Shown one piece after another: positions 50,640-61,727 of a stretch of 64,000 bases of DNA. Source of the stretch: Botryllus schlosseri (lineage: Eukaryota). The stretch lies in NCBI GenBank assembly GCA_051294905.1, contig CM119375.1, forward strand, positions 9,734,001 through 9,798,000, in the 5' to 3' direction. The notes beneath the pieces are model-generated. The model worked only from the letters and a program-made list of their open reading frames with translations, was not told the DNA's origin and made no database searches. A program made the translations under genes and the position numbers. Numbering within the stretch: the first letter of the stretch is position 1; every line of letters begins with the position of its first letter.

Positions 50640-51680
50640 CTGCATGCATTTCTATCTCTTAATCGGAAAATTCTCTGGCCGCCATCGACGCATCGTAGAA
50701 TATTGTTGGAGTACTGTTGCTGTTGAATAGATGAATTTTACGCCGTCGTCGTGCATGTTGAATGTACTTTTCCTATTCTCGAGATTATATGGACAATTCT
50801 CGCGGGAATACTCGTGGCAATACGCAGCGATGTGGTGTAGAATTGTTAAGACAGGGTTATCCGCATGGTCCAAAATACCTATTATGTGTATGCCTACAGT
50901 ACATTTTACCTTCATGTACGTCCGATGCTTGTCGATATATTAGGCGCTAAGAATCAATCATCTTTCGCGTGCTTAGTATACAGGATCGCACTGTATCGTG
51001 ACATATTGCTATGCACTGTGTATTGTTTTGGAGGTACTTTACTGGTAGGCTATTTCCTGTTTTATATAGAGTACTTCCTTGTCAATATGCCGTTCCTACC
51101 CTGTCATCGCTTCATCTCTTGATACTGATTTCAACTAGGGATTTCCCTATGCAGCTGTGGTAACTTCAGTTGTGTTGTAGAAATTAGAAGTACTTTCGCC
51201 TATGATGAACTGCAAGTCGTCACCAGGAAGTCGTCTGTTAGGTCAATGGAAGCTTGTAGCCCAGTAATCCTTCACCGTGTGCACCATGCGTGCATTCTGG
51301 TCTTATGATTTCTAAATTTCTGTATTGATGTGTTGAATTTCTGCCAATTTTCATGCCTACTACGCAATTCGAGAACGGCATCAGACCGCGCTGTTTGGAA
51401 ATGCAGCCCTTCATTCTAACGTCATAATCGGAAATCATTAAACCTATATCACTTCTAGTTCTAACTTACAATTCGCTGACTAGTACTACATCATGATTCT
51501 TGATGGTGTTATTACATTGAAATGGCTGATGAAAGTATTCACACCGTGAACCGATTCTTGTTCTTACCATGGCCATCTACGCCACGATGCGAGGTTTTTG
51601 ATTTTGCGCTCTTGGCAATGTGCGCGGTCCATCCTTAATTTATGAGATTGCACGACTTACATTTTGGTGTGTCATTGAAA
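50640..51680 (+). pseudogene. Possible decayed rhodopsin-class GPCR
   Basis: Collinear, frameshifted hydrophobic segments: SWQYAAMWCRIV (ECL1/TM3-like), MYVRCLSI (DRY-region-like), FLPIF...AYYAIR (TM5-like), CAVHP-LIY (NPxxY-like, needs a 1-nt frameshift). Confidence 0.3.
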
Positions 51681-51937
51681 TGATGATTCATAAACGAATT
51701 GCGGGAAGCGCATCAAACCTCGAAGGCATTTAGTGAACACTAATACCTCAATGTGTTATATGTATGCGTTTCGTTGAAACGATCAGCGATTGTATAGGAC
51801 ACGTTTGTCTCCATTAACAGATTACGGTGTACAGTAGTAATCATGTAGCGGACTCATAAAGAGAATAGTCTGGTAATTGTGCCGTGGGAGCGAATGCGGT
51901 TTGTTAGTCGTCCGCGTCTCGCAGTCCGGCGGAGAAT

Positions 51938-52733
51938 ATGAACGGAGTCTTTGACGTGGATGACTTCGTGCCGGGTCTGTTCCATTTGGATTTAAATATC
52001 AACTCCAGAAAATTTTCCAGCTTCGGCAGCCTACCTCAAAAGAACGTTCGGAAAATAAGCTGGTAAGACGACTTCTTACAAGCTTAGACTACGGGCGAAA
52101 TGATTTTACTTAGAGGGGTCGTACGGATGCCTATAGCTTCTATTTGAAGAAGCGATGTGCCCATCTTAGGAGGCTAAACTCCTACCAGGCGTGACTTGTG
52201 ACTTCTAGTAATGTAACCTCACAAAATATTTCATGTACTAGCAGTCTGTTACAAGTGTGACATCTACCACGCGATATATATGCCGAATTTTGCGGGCGAA
52301 TCATCAGGGCAGCTTCATCTCAAGTCGTGTACCAGTGTTAGCATAGCTTATGCCGTGTCCGTGCTGTGTATGTTATTCCGCGAACCTTGATATTTATCTG
52401 ACTAATCCTGCAAGGTTTGACTTATACAAGCCACTTGTTCTGATACTTTTGACCCTGAATGGTTCGACACGAAAGCTTACGGTATCTTTAGAAATTCCTC
52501 AAATGGCTCTACGCCGCGTCACACGGTGTTTACGTCTGACATTCCTCTGTAATGAAACTCTTCTGATATCAGCAAGAGATTCTAATTCCGTCTCTTATCT
52601 CGCCAGCAATGGACAGGAAAACGACGGACGGCGAGCTCATCGGCGAGATATGCTTTTGCGATACAACTCGCTCTGCGCGGACCTCGCCAATGACGACGTA
52701 CCAGACCCGGAGTCGACCCTCGTGTTCCTTGGC
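51938..52733 (+). CDS. Two candidate coding exons of an unidentified gene (partial)
   Basis: Exon A is 51925-52062 (ATG at 51938) and exon B is 52607-52733. Both have pyrimidine-rich CAG acceptors and GTAAG donors in compatible phase. The spliced product is MNGVFDVDDF...RKISCNGQENDGRRAHRRDMLLRYNSLCADLANDDVPDPESTLVFLG. No family recognised. Confidence 0.45.
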
Positions 52734-53290
52734 GTAAGTGGTTTTCCGGATCTGTTCGAGTTGTTCGTATCGCGCGGCTTGTGATGTGCCGCGTAGGGCA
52801 ATGATGCGCGATTATATTTCATGATTGAAGCCTAAATTCGTGGCCGTGTCATTCAATTTCAAAATCGTAATGGTCCCAGAGCGGAGTCATCTTTCTATTG
52901 AGGTATCGTGATGCAATATTATATCGCTTCGGGGCTGTTACGGAATTCCGACATTCGGATGTCTGTTATCGGCGGAAGTTTTTCTTGAACATTCAAATCC
53001 TGTTATGCAAGCTGCTAAGCCAGTGGTTCACAACCTTCTTCGTCTCGTGCCCCCTGTTGTACCCTTCGATAGAACTCAATACGATCGGTTCCTAGGCTTT
53101 TATTAACATAAAAGTAAGCTAGTGTATCTGAATACAACATGGCAATAATACAGAGTTAACGTAGGTACAACTAACAGAAGCGACGCCACACCCAACTGGT
53201 ACAAATGAAATGAATAGTCCCGACGTGAAGGTAATCAGGAGCAATCAGTATAAACACCCACTAGTGGTCAAAAGGGACTGATACACCACA

Positions 53291-53301
53291 ATCTCCCCCA
53301 C
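53291..53301 (-). promoter_or_regulatory. Polypurine tract of the Gypsy element
   Basis: Minus strand GTGGGGGAGAT immediately precedes the TG of the 3' LTR. Confidence 0.8.
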
Positions 53302-53318
53302 TAACAAAAGCAAAGTAA

Positions 53319-56300
53319 TTATAAAGAGGATTGTCCATATCGTTCAGGCGCGCGTTTGATTCTAGTTGATCTTCTCAAGGGCGGAGGATCAGCGACAACT
53401 TCTTGCAAAGTTTCTGAAGAATCTTGTTTGTTGCCAACGTCAACCGTAGGTTCAACCAGAAACGAATCGTCGGCCACTGCACGGTCCGGTTCGGCAGCCC
53501 CATCATCGACTGGGTAGGGCTCAGTAGTAGGCGGATAAGGTGCGAGGTCCTTGACTGAGACGGTCGATTCCACTCCAGATGGATGCCGGATCAAGGCATA
53601 TTTGGAGTTAGCTTCGAGCAAATCGACTTCGATTCCGAGCGGATCACTTTTACTTCTCCTTGCGAAGTTCCTCAGCAACACGGAGCCTCCTTGGAGTATC
53701 CAATCTGGAACCGATTCCCCCATCATACTTCTCCTACTGAAATTGAAAAATCTGTCGTGCGGACACGAATTAGTAGTAGTACACAGAAGCGAACGGATAG
53801 AGTGAAGGGCATCAGGCAACACAGCTTCCCATGAACTTTCAGGCAATTTTCGTGAGGCTAAGAGCATTCTTACTGATCTCCAGAGCGTTTGATTCAAACG
53901 CTCACATTGAGAGTTTCCAGTGGGATGGTACGGAGTAGTTTTGCTCGTTGCTATGCCTTTACGGGTAAGAAACGTCGTTACTTCCTTCGATAAGAACGAG
54001 TTTGAACGATCGCTGTGAACATATTCGGGCAGACCGAACAAGGAAAACAAATCAGTGAGACAATTAACAACGGTAGCTGATGTCATATCTCGGCATGGAT
54101 ACGCAAATGGAAATCTGCTGTATTCGTCAATAATTACGAGCAGATACTTTCGAGGTCCTTCAACAGGGCCTTTGAAATCAATACTTATTCTCTCCCACGG
54201 TCTAGTCGATTTAATGAGACGGTGATGGACATTGGATTTATAGAATCGCGGTTTGATTTCGGAGCATATTCTGCAGTTAGCGCAGATCTTTCGGACTTCA
54301 TCTACAGAGAATGGCAAGTTTTTCGCTCTAATAAAATGGTTCAACCGTCGTACTCCGGGATGAGCAAGAGCTTCGTGCACCTGATGGAGAGACAAGCCAG
54401 AATTTGGCAACGAGCAGCAGACACGAGAAAATGTATCAGGAACAACATTCTCAGTACCCGGACGATGAATTATTTCATACTTGAAGGCGCTCAATTCGAG
54501 TTTCCACACCGACAACTTAGCATTTTTGATTTTACTAGCGTGAGTTTTGCTGAATATGAACGACAATGCTTTTTGATCGGTAACGAGGCGGAACTTATTG
54601 CGGTGAAGCAAGTATCCCCATTTTCGTATGGCCTCAATAATAGCGAGAGCCTCTTTTTCAACAATATTGTATTTTGACTCGCATTTGGAAAGAGTATGCG
54701 ACATAAACGCTACAGGTCTGCCTCTTTGACTTAGTATGGCCGCGATAGCCACGTCCGAAGCATCACAGGCAACCTCGAAAGGTTCGTCGTCATATATACA
54801 ACTTAGGCAAGCACCTATAAGGCTATTTTTCAACGATTTGATAGCCTGGAGTCCATCGGTTTTCAACGGAAATTCATTGTTTCGAGTCAATGGTTTCATT
54901 TTTTCCGAAAACGAAGGTATCCATTTCGAATAATAGGCAAACATACCCAAGCAGCGCTTTAAACTTTTTGCATTGTTAGGGATGGGCATATCCATCAAAG
55001 GTTTCAAATGGCAAGGATCAGGCTGAATTTTGTTATGGGAAATAAGGTACCCCAGGAGCGATAACTTTTCAACTGAGAACGCACATTTCTTTTCATTCAG
55101 AGTCAGCCCGTCAGCCTTGGCTGAAGTCATAAAACGTTCCAACCTCTTATCGTGTTCTTTTCTATTTTTGCCATAAATAGTAACATTGTCCAGGTAAGCA
55201 ATAGTACCTTGCAGGTTATGATTTCGGATGAAATTGTCTATGAATCGCTGGAAAGCTGCGACGCCGTTTGTTATCCCAAAAGGCAATCGACGAAACTGGT
55301 ATAAATTACCGTCAGCTTCGAAAGCTGTTAAAGGACGGTCTGAAGGGCAAAGAGGCACCTGATGATACGCGGATTTCAGATCGATGGTGCTATATACCGT
55401 TCCTTTAGCGACTTCATTAACAATATGCTCGATTCTAGGGAGCGGATACGCGTCCAGGGGCGTATATCTATTAATAGTTCGAGAATAGTCGATAACTAAC
55501 CGCTTTTTATGGCGTTCATCTTTCGTCACCAGAACCTGAGCCCGCCACGGAGAGACGGACTTTTCTATCACATCTTCTTGCAGTAATCTTGACACCTCTT
55601 CTTTGATGAATTGGGCGTCGTCGGTGCAATAATTTCTTGATTTCACAGCGATGGGATCGACATTTCTATCAACGAAGTGGAATATCTTTGGCGTCTCTGT
55701 GATCTTAGCGGCAGCGACGGAACAGTGAGAATCATCGATGATCAAGTCGCTTCGAGGCCCGTTGAACTTGAAAATGACGTTCTTGTGAGTTTTCAGGAAC
55801 TCCAATCCTAAGATCACATCCGCGCACAAGTTGTTTACGACTCCGAAACGTGTTTCGCTGTATTTATGATCCTGTATTGTGAATGGCGAAGTAACGTGCC
55901 CCAATACTTTAGAGGTGGAGTCCTTCGATGCCAGAGTAATAGTGGATTCCGGTCCGTGCAGAGGGAGTGCAAGCGAATTAGCAAACGATCGTCTCATAAA
56001 GCATTCGTAGGCCCCCGAGTCGACCAGCGCCTCTATAGTCAATCCTGCTATATTGATGATGATAGCCGAGTATCTGAGTGATTTCGGTACTCCAATCAAC
56101 AGGGAAGCGAGGTCCGCCACTTCGGCGGAATTAAACGTTACCGCACCAGTTCCACCGGCGGCTAGAGAAGCCAAATGAGAGGCTTCATCAGAATCATACG
56201 CTGGCGCAGCGATCTTCCTATTTTGAGTGCCACTTTTGCATACCTTACCGAAATGGCCTTTATATCCACATTTATAGCAATCGGCGTTTTTCGCGGGACA

Positions 56301-57065
56301 GACCTTGCGCAGAGGGTAATGTTGACTGCCGCAATATTGGCACTTCTTGTATGCTTTCGTGACTAATGCAACTTCGCCGGTCCCCTCCGGCGTTATTTTG
56401 ACTTGATCGCTATTAGTCGTCTGTTCAGATCCCACAGCACTCACGGCGACAGGGACGGGCATCGATATGGGCACGTAAGAAGACGAAAATTGCTGAGCTC
56501 GCTCGAGAGATTCGGCTATCTGAACCGCTTTGTCCAATGTCATATCATCGTGCTCCAATAATCTAAGACGAATATTAGGCGAACGTAAGCCAGCAATTAA
56601 GGCGTCGCGAACTGCTTCCTTTTGATGCTCGTCGGAATTTACAGCAGCGAACATGCAATCTTTAGCGAGAGTTAGCAATTTTAGCGAAAAATCCGTGACG
56701 CTTTCTCCTTGATCCTGACGAGACGTTGCCAAGAGGTGTCTGGAGTAGATCACGTTATTCTTTTTCTTGTAGAGCTTGCATAGCGCCTCAAGAGCGGATT
56801 CATACGTAGCGAAGTGCTCTACAAGAGCGAACACATCCGGCGATATATATCCGTATAGAATAGCCAATTTGTCAATAGTCACTTCAGCTGGAGGGTCAGA
56901 AGAGGATCGATTGGGAGCCGTTGAGTTTGAAGCGGAGGCCTGCGCGGCAACTAAGAATTTCCCCAACATCTTCTCCCAATGATTGAATATCTTCTGCGAG
57001 TCAGCCGAGCTTGGCATCACTTCCAAAACTGGCACACGTATGTACTTTTCTTGAGAGAACGCCAT
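53319..57065 (-). CDS. Gag-Pol polyprotein, single ORF (1248 aa from the ATG at 57065)
   Basis: Two zinc knuckles (CQYCGSQH...C; CYKCGYKGHFGKVC), protease LVDSGA, RT (DLKSAYHQ, LPFG, YLDN), RNase H (CDASD, EKEALAI, TDQKAL), integrase (HHCC, IDFKGP, HSDR, GNSQCER). PR-RT-RH-IN order. No chromodomain seen. Confidence 0.95.
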   Translation of the reverse strand: MAFSQEKYIRVPVLEVMPSSADSQKIFNHWEKMLGKFLVAAQASASNSTAPNRSSSDPPAEVTIDKLAILYGYISPDVFALVEHFATYESALEALCKLYKKKNNVIYSRHLLATSRQDQGESVTDFSLKLLTLAKDCMFAAVNSDEHQKEAVRDALIAGLRSPNIRLRLLEHDDMTLDKAVQIAESLERAQQFSSSYVPISMPVPVAVSAVGSEQTTNSDQVKITPEGTGEVALVTKAYKKCQYCGSQHYPLRKVCPAKNADCYKCGYKGHFGKVCKSGTQNRKIAAPAYDSDEASHLASLAAGGTGAVTFNSAEVADLASLLIGVPKSLRYSAIIINIAGLTIEALVDSGAYECFMRRSFANSLALPLHGPESTITLASKDSTSKVLGHVTSPFTIQDHKYSETRFGVVNNLCADVILGLEFLKTHKNVIFKFNGPRSDLIIDDSHCSVAAAKITETPKIFHFVDRNVDPIAVKSRNYCTDDAQFIKEEVSRLLQEDVIEKSVSPWRAQVLVTKDERHKKRLVIDYSRTINRYTPLDAYPLPRIEHIVNEVAKGTVYSTIDLKSAYHQVPLCPSDRPLTAFEADGNLYQFRRLPFGITNGVAAFQRFIDNFIRNHNLQGTIAYLDNVTIYGKNRKEHDKRLERFMTSAKADGLTLNEKKCAFSVEKLSLLGYLISHNKIQPDPCHLKPLMDMPIPNNAKSLKRCLGMFAYYSKWIPSFSEKMKPLTRNNEFPLKTDGLQAIKSLKNSLIGACLSCIYDDEPFEVACDASDVAIAAILSQRGRPVAFMSHTLSKCESKYNIVEKEALAIIEAIRKWGYLLHRNKFRLVTDQKALSFIFSKTHASKIKNAKLSVWKLELSAFKYEIIHRPGTENVVPDTFSRVCCSLPNSGLSLHQVHEALAHPGVRRLNHFIRAKNLPFSVDEVRKICANCRICSEIKPRFYKSNVHHRLIKSTRPWERISIDFKGPVEGPRKYLLVIIDEYSRFPFAYPCRDMTSATVVNCLTDLFSLFGLPEYVHSDRSNSFLSKEVTTFLTRKGIATSKTTPYHPTGNSQCERLNQTLWRSVRMLLASRKLPESSWEAVLPDALHSIRSLLCTTTNSCPHDRFFNFSRRSMMGESVPDWILQGGSVLLRNFARRSKSDPLGIEVDLLEANSKYALIRHPSGVESTVSVKDLAPYPPTTEPYPVDDGAAEPDRAVADDSFLVEPTVDVGNKQDSSETLQEVVADPPPLRRSTRIKRAPERYGQSSL

Positions 57066-57078
57066 GTTGAGATGACCA

Positions 57079-57093
57079 TTTATGTTAATAAAA
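57079..57093 (-). promoter_or_regulatory. Non-tRNA primer-binding site, complementary to the LTR
   Basis: Sense TTTTATTAACATAAA begins 1 nt after the 5' LTR and is the perfect complement of LTR sense TTTATGTTAATAAAA (57138-57152). Confidence 0.7.
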
Positions 57094-57209
57094 TTGTTGT
57101 ACCCTTCGATAGAACTCAATACGATCGGTTCCTAGGCTTTTATTAACATAAAAGTAAGCTAGTGTATCTGAATACAACATGGCAATAATACAGAGTTAAC
57201 GTAGGTACA

Positions 57210-60200
57210 GGGCAATTCCCTGCACAGACAACCGATGTTCCCACCACTACCTCTCCAAATCTCCTGAAATTTGGTACACGCACAGATGAGCTAATTCCAA
57301 ACAGGATGAACTTTATTTTATGAAAATTGGACTTGGGGGTCAAAAGTGACGTCACTTTGAAAATAGACAATTTTCTGCTCATTTCGGGTCTGCACTTTCA
57401 GGTTTTATCAATGCAATATTCAAGAAGGTGTAGCTAGATGTTAGACGACAGTTGAGATACGGCACTTGGATTTATCTGAAGCTTGTCTGATCGTCTATAT
57501 TTCCAAGTAAAATTCATTGCCCTGTAGGTTAGGGCTAAAGGTTAAATTGAGGGGGAATTAAGTCAATGGTCTAAAATCAGTCAGGCGTTACACGATTTAG
57601 ACTGCGGATTGCTCAAAAACATATTAAAATATTTTGGAAAATAGGATCTTAAATGAAAGTTTGCTTCAAGGAGACTTCGTTCATAGCTGTTTGATTTTGG
57701 ATATTAGACTGTAAATTGATGAAATTGCAGTTTCAAGAGCACACTTCATTTGCACATGGAAATGCAGTAGTAGTAGGGTGCGTTCGGACATCGAGTCTGG
57801 GGTGTGTGTAGACATCATGTCTGGGATGTGTTCCGACATCATTTCTTGGGTGTGTTCGGACTGTGTTGCCATTGAAACGTAATGTCTGGGGTGAGTTCGG
57901 ACTGTTTTGCCCCTCGGACATCGTGTCTGGGGTGGGTTCGGACAGTTTTGCAACTCGGACATCGGGCCGAGGGTGTGTTCGAGATGTGTTGCCATTCGGA
58001 CATCGTGTCTAGGGCGTGTTCGGACATCATGTCAGGGGTGTGTTAGGACTGTGTTGCCACTCGGGCATCGTGTCTGGGCGGGGGGTTGGGGGGGTTCGGA
58101 CATCATGCCTGGAGTGTGTTAGGATTGTGTTGTCAATCGGACATGGTGTCTGGGATATGTTTGTGCTGCGCCAGACATGCCTCAGACCTGATATCTGCGC
58201 ACTATTTTTATCCAGACGTGCTCCGGAGCTGATGCATGCGCACTAAATACCTTCAGGCATTGTCCGAAACGGATATCTGGACACAGACATGCGTCAGACG
58301 TGATGCCCGCGTCCTAAACGACGCGTTTTTGCTGATATCTGCGATAGCTAGGTATATCCACAGTAGTGGTAGCTGAGTATATCCAAATTTACAGTAGTGA
58401 TAGCTGAGTACATCCACAGCTATCACTACTGTGGATATACTCAGCTATCACTGATATCACTACTGTGGATGTGGATATACTCAGCTATCACTGCTGTAGA
58501 TATACCCAGCAATCGCAGATATCAGCAAAAACCGCAAATATAGAGGTCATATATTGGTCAAATGTCGTTTAGGACGCGGGTATCACGTCTGACGCATGTA
58601 TGTGTCCCTTAAGCCCGCAGATATCAGATTCGGAATATGCCTGGGGGTATTTGGTGCGCAGGTAAGAGCTACGACGCATGTCCACTGTCCAGATTTAAAT
58701 AGTGGCAGATATCAGGTCTGAGGCATGTTTGGCGCATCACAAACATATCCCAGACACGATGTCTGAGTAACAACACAGTCCGGACACACCACAGGCATGA
58801 TGTCCGAACACCTTCCAGACACGATGTCCTATATAGTCATCATCATCATTGGTTTATTAGCAATTTTATCAGTTCAATACACCACAAACATGCGATACAA
58901 TGAAAAGACAGGAAGATGTCGAAGTGACAAGGAGTAGTCTATGGAATCTGACACCCACCTTGGCCTAGGCGATGTAAAGAGGAGGCATGCACACTGGATG
59001 AAAGTAAAGAAGATATTATAGAAGAAGAATGCGACAAGAAATAGGGCGGCATGTCATGGGAAGCGAGATCGATAGGTCAGTCGTGGTCCGGTAATCTTGA
59101 GGATGGACTGTATTTATTTAGTAGTAATTGCTTGTATTTCGACTTGAATGTGGACATGCTCGTCGACTGTCGGATGGCCGGCGGGATACTGTTCCACACA
59201 TCAGGTCCGGCATATTTGATGGAGCGATGATCTTTTCGGTCGATCATATGATATTTGGACGACGTGGACGCGCGTGTATTGTACTTGTGCGCTTTTGATT
59301 CGGAGGTGAAGAAGTCATTGAAATATTCGGGGCAACGACCGCAGTGAAACTGATACATAAACTTGGCGATTTCTAGTTTCCGCATATCTTCTATGTTTAG
59401 GACGCCGAATCTCTTCAGCAGCGACTTATTGGATGGGCAGCCAGGCCCCTTTGGGGCCCTAGCTATGATTCGGAGCACTTTATGCTGTAGTTTCTGCAGT
59501 GGCTTCAGTGCAGTTTTACTGGCAGCCCCCCAACAGAGGATGCCATAATGTAACTTCGATTGGATTAAGGATTTAAAGAGTATCAGAAGAACCCATGCTG
59601 GCATGAAGCGCCCAAGGCTGTAGAACAGGCCGCACTTCGGTGATAATTTAGTTTCTAGGGACTGAATATGACTCTTCCAGGACATGTTCGAGTCCAGTAA
59701 AACTCCGAGATATTTGGCATTATCTGTGTTGGAAACGGGATGACCAGCGATATTAACGGTTAGGTTATTTTTTGAATTAACTGTCAGCAATTGCGATTTG
59801 GAGGCGTTTATGCAAAGGTTGTTCTGGGCCGTCCACTCATGGACTTTGGGCATTTGGTCACCAGTCAGGGCATCTAGCTCTGCCGTCGAAGATGCGGAAG
59901 AGAGGAGGTGAGTATCATCAGCGAATAGTGTGGTGTTCAATGAGGAGGTTTCAAAAATGTCGTTGACATATAAGGTGAAAAGGACCGGTCCAAGTACTGA
60001 GCCCTGGGGCACACCACAGGTCACCGGGTGAGGAGAGGACAAGGTGTCTGAGATCGCAACCATTTGTTGGCGTCCAGTGAGGTAACTTTTCATGAGCTCA
60101 AGTGACAGCACAATCCGAATTCCCCCCAGATACGATGTCCGCGTTGCGAAACAGTCCGAACACACCCAAGACATAATATCTGAACACCCCCAAGACACGA

Positions 60201-61727
60201 TATCCGAGTTGCAAAACAATCCGAACACCTCAGACCTGATATCTGCGCACTATTTTTATCCGGACATGCTCCGGAGCTGATACCTGTGTGCCAAATACCC
60301 CCAGGCATGGTCCGAACCGGATATCTGTGCACTTAACAGACATAGACATGCGTCGGACGTGATGCCCGCGTCCTAAACGACGTTTGACCTATGACCTCTA
60401 TATTTGCGGTTTTTGTTGATATCTGCGATAGCTGAGTATATCCACTGTAGCGATAGCTGAGTATTTCCACATCCGCAGTAGTGATATCTGTGATAGTTGA
60501 GGTGAGTATATCCAGAGTAGTGATAGCTGTGGATATACTCAGCTATCACTACTGTGAATATACCCAGCTCTCGCAGATACAAGCAAAAACCGCAAATAAA
60601 GAGGTCATATATAGGTCACGCGTCGTTTAGTACGCGGGTATCACGTCTGACGTATGTCTGTGTCCACTAAGTGAGCAGATATCCGTTTCGGACAATGCCT
60701 GAAGGTATTTAGTACGCAGGCATCAGCTCCGGAGTATGTCTGGATAAGAATTGTGTGCAGATATCAGGTCTGAGGCATATCTGGCGCAGCACAAAAATAT
60801 CCAGACACGATGTCCAATTGACAACACAATCCTAACACACTCCAGGCATGATGTCCGAACCCCCTCCCCCCCAGACACGATGCCCGAGTAGCAACACACC
60901 CCTGACATGATGTCCGAACACGCCCTAGACACGATGTCCGAATGGCAACACATTCCGAACACACCCTCGGCCCGATGTCAGAGTTGCAAAACTGTCCGAA
61001 CCCACCCCAGACACGATGTCCGAGGGGCAAAACAGTCCGAACTCACCCCAGACACTACGTTTCAATGGCAACACAGTCCGAACACACCCAAGACATGATG
61101 TCGGAACACATCCCAGACATGATGTCCACACACACCCCAGACTCGATGTCCGAACGCACCCTACTACTACTGCATTTCCATGTGCAAATGAAGTGTGCTC
61201 TTGAAACTGCAATTTCATCAATTTACAGTCTAATATCCAAAATCAAACAGCTATGAACGAAGTCTCCTTGAAGCAAACTTTCATTTAAGATCCTATTTTC
61301 CAAAATATTTTAATATGTTTTTGAGCAATCCGCAGTCTAAATCGTGTAACGCCTGACTGATTTTAGACCATTGACCAAATTCCCCCTCAATTTAACCTTT
61401 GGCCCTAACCTACAGGGCAATAAATTTTACTTGGAAATATAGACGATCAGACAAGCTTCAGATAAATCCAAGTACCGTATCTCAACTGTCGTCTAACATC
61501 TAGCTACACCTTCTTGAATATTGCATTGATAAAACCTGAAAGTGCAGACCCGAAATGAGCAGAAAATTGTCAATTTTCAAAGTGACGTAACTTTTGACCC
61601 CCAAGTCCAATTTTCATAAAATAAAGTTCATCCTGTTTGGAATTAGCTCATCTGTGCGTGTACCAAATTTCAGGAGATTTGGAGAGGTAGTGGTGGGAAC
61701 ATCGGTTGTCTGTGCAGGGAATTGCCC
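57210..61727. mobile_element. 4.5-kb foldback non-autonomous DNA transposon (Sola2-like termini)
   Basis: GGGCAATTCCC...GGGAATTGCCC termini. 4-bp TSD taca (57206-57209, 61728-61731). About 1.1-kb inverted arms with CGGACATC(A/G)TGTC tandem arrays and two internal palindromic units. No transposase. Confidence 0.88.
58837..60108 (-). mobile_element. 5'-truncated CR1/L2/Crack-group LINE (RT C-terminal half, 3' UTR, (ATG)n tail)
   Basis: Open frame to 59077 with GVPQGSVLGPVLF, LFADDT, KYLGVLLD and GPDVWNSIP. (CAT)n at 58837-58849. The N-terminal 40 aa of the tracked ORF come from flanking repeat. Confidence 0.92.

Noticed and set aside
51555-51575. Minus-strand GCCATG|GTAAG as a calmodulin-style first exon for the EF-hand relic
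   Set aside because: I could not find in-frame intervening exons between 49.3 and 51.5 kb, and it overlaps the putative GPCR relic.
57062-57078. TGGTCATCTC... as a conventional tRNA PBS
   Set aside because: It lies about 17 nt from the LTR edge rather than 0-3 nt, and I recognise no matching tRNA 3' end.
57066-57119. Extra 18 N-terminal residues of the tracked 1266-aa gag-pol ORF
   Set aside because: It starts at a TTG inside the LTR and runs through the PBS. The first ATG, at 57065, is the plausible start.
57681-61256. Paired short ORFs (MATHLEHTLG... / MATHSEHTLG... and overlapping frames)
   Set aside because: They are mirror-image translations of the tandem arrays in the two foldback arms, with no protein features.
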